Shown one piece after another: positions 11,701 through 23,700 of a stretch of DNA of 64,000 bases; positions within the stretch are counted from its first letter, which is position 1; every line of letters begins with the position of its first letter. Made by a program: the position numbers and the translations under genes. Source of the stretch: Squalus acanthias (taxonomy: Eukaryota); NCBI GenBank assembly GCA_030390025.1, contig CM059432.1, positions 143,470,001 to 143,534,000 on the forward strand, read 5' to 3'. The notes below the pieces were generated by a model, which was given only the letters and a program-made list of their open reading frames with translations, had not been told where the DNA came from and did not search any database.

Positions 11701-14700
11701 CCGATTTTGGTGGGAGATTGACGGAACGCCCGGGGAAACGGCACGAAGAGCCATTGGAACAACTTGTCTGGGGGCTACACTGATCTCCCGCTGAAGTTAC
11801 CGTGCGACGTCAGGACATCCCTCCCCTCCCCTCCCCACCACCACCCACCCCTCGCCATAGGAATTCAGAGCCAATGACTTCAGCAGCACCACACCGCAGC
11901 TGTCTCCCCCAATTTATATTTCTGGTCCTTGTAACCACCTTCCACTTCACTTCCCTCCCCCCTCCAATTTGGAGCTGTTTTGTCCCTTTCATTTCTGTCT
12001 TTCTCTGAACTGTTCGCTGTCTTACCGACCTGGTTCCTCATCCCTTTTGTGCTTTTTATGCCCTTTGACAGTCTGACGGAGATGACCTTTGCATATCATC
12101 CAGCAGTTTGTAGCTTTCGCAGCTTCTCTGTAACCACAGCTGGCTCATCCTCCACCCCCACGCATTTCCTTCTTCCAATAGTGCCGTGGGATCTTTTTAC
12201 GTCCACCTGAGAGGGTAGACAGGGCCTTGGTTTAACGTCTCATCCGAAAGACGGCACCTCCGACAGTGCAGCACTCCCTCAGTACTGCACTGAAGTGTCA
12301 GCCTAGATTTATGTGCTCAAGTCTCTGGAATGGAACTTGTACCCACGACTTTGAAAATAGCTCCTGTGTTAATGTTATGACAAGTTATAACTTTGTATAC
12401 TGTGCTTCAGTGTCAAAATTCTTTAACCTTTTCCTTTGCTATTTCTGATTTCCTTTTGGTTGCTAGGTCAAATCATTACCATCCATGGGAGAATTCTTAC
12501 TGATGTCTACGGCAGTGATAAATCAAAGGATGCCAATCACAGAAACACCAGGATTTTGAGGTAAAAATATGCCTTTGAGTAAGCTGTGCAGACTCAGCCC
12601 AGCCGTGCAGACGATGCAGTTTGGATCCGGCTCGAGGGCTTACTCCTGTTCCTACATTGTCTGTTGTATGAAAGCAGCTTCTCGATCAGGGTCTTGGTTT
12701 GTGGTTCAGCCAAAGTACTGAATTGACATAAATTATGATGATGCGCAGTTTTCTTTTTAACCTTTTTACTTTCATCGTCGCTGGGTCGCAATCCTGGCAC
12801 TCACGACCTAACAGGATTGTGGAAGGCCATGGTTTGTGATAAGGAAAGGAAGTTTGGGTTGTCCTTGAGAATGCTCAAACTAAAACATCTGTTCAAAAGA
12901 TCAGAGCACGGCGCAGCAAGATGAAGCTTTTAAAAGAACATAACAACATAAGAAATAGGAGCAGGAGTCGGCCATTTGGTCCCTCGAGCCATTCAATAAG
13001 ATCATGGCTGATCTTCTACCTCATCTCCACTTTCCTGCACTATCCCCATATCCCTTGGTTCCCTTAATATTCAAAAATCTATCGATCTCTGACTTGAATA
13101 TACTCAACGACTGAGCCTCCACAGCCCTGGGATAAAGAATTCCAAAGATTCACCACCCTCTGAGTGAAGAAATTTCTCCTCATCTCAGTCCGAAATGGCC
13201 GGCCCCTTATTCTGAGACTATGACCCCTGGTTCTAGACTCCCCATGATGCGGAGATGCCGGTGTTGGACTGGGGTGGACAAAATTGAGAGGTCGCACAAC
13301 ACCAGGTTATAGTCCAACAGTTTTATTTGAAATCACAAGCTTTCGGAGCTATTCGATTGCTCCTTCCTCAGGTGAAGTAAATTAGATACTTTAATTAGAT
13401 AAATTAGATCTAATTTACTTCACCTGAGGAAGGAGCAATCGAATAGCTCCGAAAGCTTGTGATTTCAAATAAAACTGTTGGACTATAACCTGGTGTTGTG
13501 CGACCTCTCAATTTTCTAGACTCCCCAGCCAGGGGAAACATCCTCCCAGCATCTACCCTGTCAAGCCCTGTAAGAATTTTATGAGTTTCAATGAGATCAC
13601 CTCTCATTCTTCTAGACTCTAGAGAATATAGGCCCAGTCTACTCAATCTCTCCTCATCGAACAATCCCCCCCATCCCAGGAACCAGTCTGGTGAACCTTC
13701 GTTGCACTCCCTCTATGACAAGTATATCCTTCCTTAGGTAAGGAGACCAAAACTGTACATAATACTCGAGTCTCTTCGCCGGGAGCAAGCGGAAGCCAAG
13801 CGCAGGCAGCGGAAGGAGTGCACGTCAACCCAAGCACCCCACCCACCCACCCGCCCCTTCAACCACCGTCTGCCCCACCTGTGACAGAGACTGTCGGTCC
13901 CGCATTGGACTCATCAGTCACCTGAGAACTCATTTTTAATGTGGAAGCAAGTCATCCTCGGTTCCGAGGGACTGCCTAAGAAGGATATAATTGCAGGAAG
14001 ACGTCTTTACTCTTATACTCAAATCCTCTTGCAATAAAGGCCAACATACCATTTGCTTTCCTAATTGCTTGCTGTACCTGCATATTAACTTTCAGTGATT
14101 CGTGTACAAGGACACCCAGGGCCCTCTGAACACCAACATTTCCCAATCTCTCTCCATTTAAAAAATACTCTGCTTTTCTATTTTTCCTACCAAAGTGGAT
14201 AACTTCACATTTCTCCACATTATATTCCATTTGCCATGTTCTTGTCCACTCACTTAGCCTGTCTATATCCCCTTGAAGCCTCTTTGCATCCTCCTCACAA
14301 CTTGCATTCCCACCAAGCTTTGTATCATCAGCAAACTTGGATACATTACATTTGGTCCCCTCATCCAAATTACTGATGTAGATTGTGAATAACTGAGGCC
14401 CAAGCACTGATCCTTGTGGTACCCCACTAGTTACAACCTTTGTAGCACGTCAGAGGATGATCATTGAATCAATCCTTTTCAAGAAGTCCCCTTTTATTCT
14501 CCTAGTAATGTACCTTACCCTATTCTTAGTATATGGGATCTAATGGCATTTGTAGATTGGTAAAGCTCATTTACCTGTGTTTTTCAAAACTCGGGGGAGA
14601 AATTCATTATAGCCCAGGAATGGGCGCTAACTTTAGAAAAGTTTGAGATTTAGCGTCAGACGCTAATGATTCAGACTGCACGCAAAATTCAGTCTCATTG

Positions 14701-17700
14701 CTGAAAGAAAGGATTGGGGCGCTAAATCAAGCGCTAATGGCCGAGCTCAGTGGCGTTAAACTCAAAGCGCTGACCAATATCGGGTGCAACCTGATCTCAA
14801 GTCATCATCGTCACAGGCTTTTCCCAGTACTTAAAGGGGAGGTTTATTGATCCTGCAGCACCTCATTCTCAGCAATGCTGACTCTGCAGATGCCTCAGAA
14901 GGAGAAGCACAACAAGGAGAAGGAGCCGGAGGACTGAAGCAGGTGTGCTCATGGCAGATCCACCTCAGTCGGGTGGTCAGGGTGATTGAATGCTTCAACA
15001 AATGCTACATACCACCATCTGTACCACAGGCTTCACACTCTGCCCAGACCCCCAGCGTTCACCCACCAACAATCTCTACCTACCAACACTCACACCCACA
15101 TCTCACGCCTTGCACACAGTGACAGCTATTCAACTATGGCAGGCGCAAGGGTCATTAGTTGTTGGAATGATTGTGATATGTTTATGCATAAATTTACTCA
15201 TGGAGTTTGCAATATTTTGTGGTCTCTCTCATTTCAACTTTGCGCCCAGGAGGACGCTGTGATATGGCATGACAGAGGGATGGGATGATGTGCATGTGGT
15301 GAGCAAAAGGGATCTGGGGTTTAAGTCATCCTGATGTGAGGCTGGAGGTCTGTTTGGAGGAGGTGGCAGAGTTCTGCGACCACCACCTTGGTGATGTGGA
15401 GCCCTCTAATATACTGCTCCTCGCTTCATTGAAGGTAGGATTGCTGTCGGAATACCCTTGGAGGTAAGGCCTCCTGTTGAGCGCCCTGATGGCCCTCCTC
15501 CTCCCTCTGGCCACATGTTCCAGTCTTTCTCGCTGCCTCCGCTCCCTCTGCAGTAGATCCTGGAGGTCGAGGTAGACTGCCAGTACAGCCCCCATTAATG
15601 TAACCAAGTGTAGCACTTTGATATGTTGTCAGAATAAATGTAACGAATTTTTAGTATCCACAACACTCCTGAAACTAAAGAACCTTTAAATGACTGAATT
15701 AAACTATTACACGATGTCGAACTGACAAGGAAGTGGTGAAACGCCACTAACCTGACAGCTGCGACTCATTACTCATGATCCTTTTAAGTAGCGCCCCTGG
15801 AGCCGGCATCAGCCTGCTTGATGCCTCCTCTCCCTGTCGCTGTGAGGCGCTAAGGCAGGGGGCGACAATGAATTTGGCAGATCGGGCGCCCAGTGAGCGT
15901 TGCACGCTCACTGATGTCACAATCTGCCTGGCGTTGAAGTCCCCGGCGGTAACTGTTAGTGGCAGCACTACAGGGGGCCGGGGGGGGGCCAGATTTGGTG
16001 TGCGGCGCTGGATTCGCCTCGCCCTAGTACTACTGCATCAGCACCTCGTTAGCGCCCCCGCCAGGTGCTAACGGGCGGCACTAACCGACTGAATTTCTCC
16101 CCCTTGGTCTTTTTTTATTTCGAATGAAAATCCTTGAAAATAAAAGTTATAAACAGAAACTGCAAATAACAGTGAGTAATTAATCACGTAACATGTTTTT
16201 CAATTCCAGAGTCTACGCTGGAGGAATGCTTTGTGACCTTCTTCATCCTGATTCGGATACGTTGTGAGTTTTGTAACACAGATTGTAAAACAGTTATGGA
16301 TGAGGAAGTTCCATTCGGCCAGCTTTAGGGTCAGACTGGATGGATGAACTATAGTCCTCCCACTGCAGTATCCAATTAAGTGACTCAGGCTTTTCGTTTC
16401 CATATTTTATCCAACTCATTCTGTAATTTCGGAGCTGCGATTCCAGTGCCCTTTCTAGTTTAGTGTCACCTGCAAATTTGACCAATTTGGGTTTCTGCAC
16501 ACAAGCCATTGTTATAAATTAGAAACAGTGGTAGTCTGAACAATGCTCCCTGGGGCACTCTCCCCACCCCCCACCCACCCTGCCTCCTCTAAGCAGTACC
16601 TGTTATTTTCCACTCTTCAGTCAAGGGACGTGAATTGGTATTAAAATGAGAAGTCGCACAACACCAGGTTATAGTCCAACAGTTTTATTTAAAATTACGA
16701 GCTTTCGGAGCTGTTGCCCCTTCGTCAGGTAAAGGTACAACGAGGGAATCTATTACACAGTATATATACACAGAGAACAATTTGTCTGCAGAGATACAAT
16801 CTTTTAGGGAGGCATTACATCAAAGACACATCAGAGTACAGCTAAGACAATGAGATGGGTCACAGGGGGTCCAACATGTCAAATCCTGCCGTCTGCAGTT
16901 GAGCTTTTAACTTTATTTTTGTGGGGTTTTTTTGGTTTTTTTTTGTGTTTTTTTTTAAAAACTGGAAAGACAGACAACGATGTCGAGTCACGTTCTGTAG
17001 CGTGACATGAACCCCAGATCCCTATTGAGGCCGTCCTCATGGGTGCGGAACTTGGCTATCAGTTTCTGCTCGATGATTTTGCGTTGTCGTGTGTCTCGAA
17101 GGCCGCCTTGGAGAATGCTAACCCGCAGATCCGAGGCTGAATGTCCTTGACTGCTGAAGTGTTCCCCGACTAGGAGGTAACAATCCTGCCTGGCGATTGT
17201 TGCGCGGTGTCCGTTCATACGTTGTCTCAGAGTCTGCATGGTCTCGCCGATGTACCATGCTCCGGGGCATTCTTTCCTGCAACGTATCTCCGAATTGGTA
17301 TTAGGCAGCCGTGCAAAATGAGAGGTTTCGAATCGGCCGCCCGATTTCCATTTCCGTCCAAGTTGCTTCACTATTACCCATTTTGCACTTCAGCCCTAAG
17401 ATCAATTTCACCCCCAATTTCTTATCCATACCCAAGTCTTACCCTGAATCTTTGCAACTTTCAGCTTGACCAACAGCCTTTCAGGTGGAACATTGTCCAG
17501 AAACTTTCTGGAAGCCTGGGTGCAACATGTTGTCAGGCTTACCACTGTCCATGAATAAGGGATTTCCTTTACAGATTCAATCCTTCCATTAAATTAATGA
17601 ATTTTACAAAGCAGCATTATTGGCAATATTTATAATATTATTGAAAAAATGCAAGCTTTTATTTTACACTTGTAGGTATGGATTGAAACTTGACTATGAG

Positions 17701-20700
17701 TACAGTGACAAAGGCACAATGACTTGCAAAATGTCTGGAACTTATGTTGGTAAGGTTTATATTTGTTTCATTAATTTTTATATGTTACATTCTAAATGCA
17801 GTAACTGGTACGACATAGTAACTTGTAAATGTTTATTTCAGGTCACCACAATGTGAGTTTCATTTTGGACAATGGCTACGGAAGGTAAGATATTTACAAC
17901 AACTAATAGGATGTGAATTTAAAGTTATGCAATGGTAATTATACAGCACCGGGCACTGTGTGGAGTTGTACCATGGTTCCTATGCAATTATACAGTATTA
18001 ATTACATAGCACCAGCTACTATTTGCTTTTCACATGCTCCAAATATATCACCACTGTGGTCAAAATATATAACTTTATTTTGAATGGGGATCTTAATTTT
18101 TCAAGAAATTTTGAAAGATATTCAATTTTTGGTACAGACCTGATTTTGGGAGGCGGAGGGGGGGGCAATGGTTTGCATGTCTTACTTATCTAACTGGGTA
18201 TATCATATCTCTAGGATGGTAAATACAGAGGTATGTCGATATATATGTATTCATATCATATGTGTATGTATATATATATATGTGTGTATGTATATATGTA
18301 TGTATATATTATATATGCATGTATAAAATATTAATTTTCAAACAATATATTCCAAAATGCATTATCTTTGTAATATTTCATAGTATTAGACATTAGATTG
18401 AAATTGTTTTAAAATTCACAATATACAGAACACTGAAGCAGTATAGATCTGATGGACATCCTGCTTTGTTTTAATTGTAAGTTGCCCCGATTTTTCCCAT
18501 TGCAGGTCTTTGCCTGATGTGAAAACTTACTTTGTTTCTTCTCTCAATAAACTCAGTATGTTCCAAACCTACGCAGGTAAGGATATCGTCATTTATTTGG
18601 GTTAACTGGCTGCGATTCCTTCTCATTGTGCAACGTCATGTTGACTGTGGAGCTGTAGGCCGGTACCACCATTTCCATGACTCTTGGGCATGGGCACTAT
18701 CTTAAATATCAAACTTAACAACAACTTACATTTGTATAGCGCCTTTAACGTAGTAAAACGTCCCAAGGCGCTTCACAGGAGTATTTTAAGACAAAATTTG
18801 ACACTGAGCTACATAAGGAGATATTAGGGCAGTTGACCAAAAGCTTGGTCAAAGAGGTAGGTTGTAAGGAGTGTCTTAAAGGAGGAGAGAGAGGTGGAGA
18901 GATTTCGGGAGGGAATTCCAGAGCTTAGGGCCAAGGCAGCTGAAGGCATGGCTGCCAACAGTGGAGCGATTAAAATCGGGGATGCGCAAGAGGCCAGAAT
19001 TGGAGGAGCGCAGAGATCTCGGAGAGTTGTCGGACTGGAGGAGGTAAGGAGGGGCGAGGCCATAGAGGGATTTGAAAGCAAGGATGAGAATGTGACCATC
19101 ACAGGGTGAATTAAGTGATTTCACCCTCCTAGCGGGAGTCGTGCTTGAAGGGTGCATTGGTGCTCAGTGTTACAGCTACCTCTGAGCGTAGCTTAGCATA
19201 GCTCCCTGCTCAGAGCCAGGGGATAAGTGAACTTACCTGTACAGTCCACTGAGGAGGAGATGTGTTTGGGTAGTGGAGCTTGGTGCGGCTTCCCAAGGAT
19301 GTTTGAGATCTTATACAATAGCAAAATACTGCAGATGCTGGAAATCTGAAATAACAACAGAAAAAGCTGGAAGCACTCAGCAGGCCAGGCAGCATCCGTG
19401 GAGAGAGAAACAGAGTTAACATTCTGACGAAGGGTCCCAGACCTGAAACGTTAACTCTGTTTCTCTCTCCACGGATGCTGCCTGGCCTGCTGAGTGCTTC
19501 CAGCTTTTTCTGTTGTTATTTTATGTTTGAGATCTTTATTGGCATTCCTTTTCTTTAGCACTAAATCTCGCACTAACTTATTACGGTTCAGGCTTAGTTT
19601 TGTAGTAATTTCGTTTAATTCTAACAACAACCCCATGGCAGTTCAAAGGGCAACATTCTTCTATGCACTAATTGCAGATAAAAAATGAGTAAAAACTGGT
19701 ATTTCGTGTGACAAAAGTGAGTTATTTTTGTCTAGTTTTGCATAAGTCATAGAATGATACAGCACAGAAGGAGGCCATTCGGCCCATCGTGCCTGTGCCG
19801 GCTCTTTGAAAGAGCGATCCAATTAGTCCCACTCCGCCTGCTCTTTCCCTGTAGTCCTGCATTTTTTTCCTTTTCAAGTATTTATCCAATTCCCTTTTGG
19901 AAGTTACTATTGAATCTGCTTCCACCGCCTCTTCAGGAAGTGCATTCCAGATCACAACATCCAAAAAAAATTCTCCACATCTGGCTCTTTTGCCAATTAT
20001 TTGAAATCTGTGTCCTCTGGTTACCGACCCTCCCACCAGTGGAAACAGTTTCTCCTTATTTACTCCATCAAAACTCCTCTGTCCCTGCAAATCAAGTAAA
20101 CTTACAGAACCAATTCAAAAAATGGCTACACTCCCAATTGCTGTAGCAAGCTTATTTTGATACAATGTTGCAAGTTTAATTGGTTACAAGCTGGAGCATG
20201 CAATATTTCAAATTTAAGCAATGATGTGCGATTGGTTCAGTTTGTACGTGACTAATGGTTTCCTTTCAAATCTGAGTGTTGGAATGTTCCAAATCCAGAA
20301 AGTCCCAGCAACCCTTTCCCCAGATACAAAAAGAACCCGTTCTGTTCAAATCAAACAAGTCAGTTTGAAAATGCTGGAAGAGGAAAAAAAAAATTCCAAG
20401 TAATTAATTAGGTTCCCAGTGGTAGGAAATTCAAGGAAACCAAATATTGTGGGTGAGTTTCTCTCTGCCCTACACCCAGTAGCACCCAAAACACACGTGC
20501 AATGCAGAGGAAAAGCACCCTAATCACTTGCTCTCGTCCTGCTCCTGACTAGTACTGCACCTGAACTTCCTCAATGGGCTGCACTTTAAAGAAAGAAAGA
20601 CTTGCATTTATGTAGCGCCTTTCAGGACCTCAGGATGTCCCAAAGTGCTTTACAGCCAATGAAGTACTTGTGAAGTGTAGTCACTGTTGTAATGTAGGAA

Positions 20701-23700
20701 ACGCGGCAGCCAATTTGTGCACAGCAAGATCCCACAAACAGCAATGTGATAATGACCAGATCATCTGTTTTAGTGATGTTGGTTGAGGTATAAATATTGG
20801 CCAGGGCACCAGGGATAACTCCCCCCCTGCTCTTCTTCGAAATAGTGCCATGGGATCTTTTACATCCACCTGAGAGAGCAGACGGGGCTTCGGTTTAACG
20901 TCTCATCCGAAAGACGGATCTTTCATCCATATTCAGGCCATATCAGGATGGCCAATGGAAGAAAATTCTGGAGTTCAGGTGCAACGCCAGGTCTGCACAT
21001 CCCAGAAGATCTTCCTTTGCCCCCGGTGGGGACGGACATCTTTACCTTTACCCCGTCCCATGTCATTGACAGCGGGTGGCTGGGCCACATTGACCCCTCC
21101 TACACCCACCCCTCCAGTGGCCGCTGGTGGTGGACAACGCCTCAAGGGAAGAAGTGCCACGGGGCGGACATGCACGTGTCTGGTGGGCTCCATCGTCGAA
21201 GACTTTCTGCAGGACAATGTATAAAGACGGTGGGGCCAACACTCCGCGGTGGGCCCTGGACGGAGCGTCTCCTGCTGAAAGAGCTCAGTTGCGCCCACCC
21301 GGGATCTCCACGGTTGAACCCCGCCACAGTCCGTGGGGTCAGGGGGAGGTCCCATCATTAGGATGAGAATGGCGGGTTCCCACACCACCAGGGGCACATC
21401 TAGAACCCCCCCCCCCACCCCCGCAACCTCCCTCCCCCACCCCCGGAAGAGATTGGAAGGTCTGATGGACGAAGGGCCGCCCAGTGGTGGGGAATGGGGG
21501 GCTGTTAGGGGGCCGCATTCACATTTTCATTTTTACAGATTTGGCAGTTTTTTCTATGGGGGCTCAAGCAGTGATCCTGGCCCAAACTCCCCCCCCACCA
21601 CCCCACCCCCAACTTCCAGGTGGGCCCCACAGCTGCTGGCAGTTGTCTTTTTATACCTGGTCCCACCATGCCCCCCTCTGCTGACGCTATGCTTAGTGGG
21701 ACCAGGCCTAGCACCGGCAGAACGGGTGCGTCCAGCCCAGAATCATAAGCCGGAGCTTTGAAGGTGGGTGCGCTCAGGAAGGGCTGCAGATTTCCCATGC
21801 CCCACCCCCCGTGTAATTTAACATACAGATTATGGGGGAGAAATTGGGTATCGCCCATTTTGGGGCACTAATATCGGCCGGTCGCAAAGTTTAGCGCCTG
21901 GCGCTAATTAGCACCTCCGACTGCAAAATTCGTGTCTATCGCCCCTGGAGGTGACTTGAGCACTAAATCAGGCGCAACACACCTCTCTTAAGGCGCTAAC
22001 GTCAGGGAGCGAGGCGCTACCTCAGAACGCTACCGAAGCTCAGGCGATGTCAGTTACCATGGAAGCCAGACAGACTGGCGCCGTCCAGTTCTTAAAGGGG
22101 AGGGGCCATCTTGCTGGCCAGCCACACCCTGCTCATTGCAGCCTTGAATCTCAGCCTGGAGAGACCTCGAAAGCAATTGTGTGGAAGCACTAATGGTTAG
22201 GCCCAGGGAAAGAGCTTGGCACTTAGGAACCTCAGAAGTGGTGCTGAGGGCCAAAACTCCTTAGGACAGCGTTAAAACCAAAAATTTTGCTGACAAGAAA
22301 AGGCAGGAAGCGCCCGCCTTTAAATAGCGCTCCCCCAGCCCCTTCCCGACTTGAAAACGTTCCCCTTTACTTGTCGTTCCCAGCGGTAGGCGCAAAGGCA
22401 GGGGGCGCGACTCAATATCCGGTCCGGGGCGCTACCGGGGCGTTGCACACTCGACTGATGTCACGATCTGCGGGCGCAGGAGATCGTGGCGGTAGTGTTT
22501 AACGCCGCCGCAAAATGTCTGGTCAATTTCGTGAGCGGCGCAAACATCGCCGCGCTCGGGCGCTAGTTGCTTTGTGCTAATCAACCGAATTTTTCCCCCT
22601 ATATGTTTAGCAACACTTATTAGCTGGCTTTATTGTCTTCATCTGCTGTAGTTTTATTGCAAAGCTGGTTGTAAGTGCAAAAGTTTTGTTTGGTAGCTAG
22701 CATCAGGAGGCAAAAAATTCCAGGCGAAAAATAATTTGCTGTAAAACTGTCATCTGGGTACTTGGATTGAAGCATCTACTGTGGTTATTCTCGTCTCTGG
22801 GCTCCAAACAGAGCAATGGTTCTGCATCAGTAACTGTATTTAAGAAAATACAAATCTGCAAAGATTTAATTCACCCCATCATTTAAGCCCTCTCTCAGGA
22901 TCCATGTACACTGCTTTATCATCCTCCTACTTTTACAGCAGTCCCTTGACTGCCCACTGAAACAGTAATATTACCCATCTCTGTCTTCTATTCAATTCTG
23001 CATCTAGTGCAGCTCAGACTCGATTCTATACCGCTCACTGTGAGAGGGAAGAGGGAAGGCTCCTATGGAGACCGACTTGACAGTAGAGCTGGTCACAGAA
23101 TTAACCCAAAAGTCTTATATCCCCAACGCATATTGCCATCCAATGAGGCTCCTGGCCGAGAGCTGATCCTTGCCGAATTATCCCTGGTAAACTAACACGA
23201 TGTGAAGTAGTTGCTCTTCAAGCGTTGTGCTTTTCTCTTTTTCCTAAAGAGGGTTAAATGCCCATGTTGTAGAATTGAATGACAGGCGATGAAAATGGTG
23301 GCTGGGGGCAGACTCGGGGCGGGCAGCTAACAGGGCAAACGGTTCTTGGAGAGGAGAGCCTTGGGCTGTTTTTTGGGGCAGGATTGTGTGCCTCAAAACC
23401 ACCTGGAAAGGGCAGTCAGATTTTCAAAGGAAAATCCAGTAATGTCAACATCAAGCCTAGAAAATCTAGGGACTGTTTTCATTAGAACAGAGGAGATTAA
23501 AGGGTGATTTGATAGAGGAGTTTAACATTATGAAGCGATGGGACTGGGTAGATAGGAACACTGTTTTCAGTGGTAGAGGGGTCTTAGATATAAAATTAAA
23601 TGTAAGAGATTTAGGACACTGAGCAGGAGAAACTATTTTTTACACAGAAGTTGTGAGGCTGTGGAATTCAGTACTGGAGTTAGTGATTGAAGCAAAGACC

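Larger units (their letters stand above)
12935..14437 (-). mobile_element. CR1/HER1 LINE 3' part, carrying two nested insertions
   Basis: ORFs 13976-14407 and 13410-13664 (minus) with [10 protein letters not shown] and RMRGDLIET; 3' tail near 12940. Confidence 0.88.
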
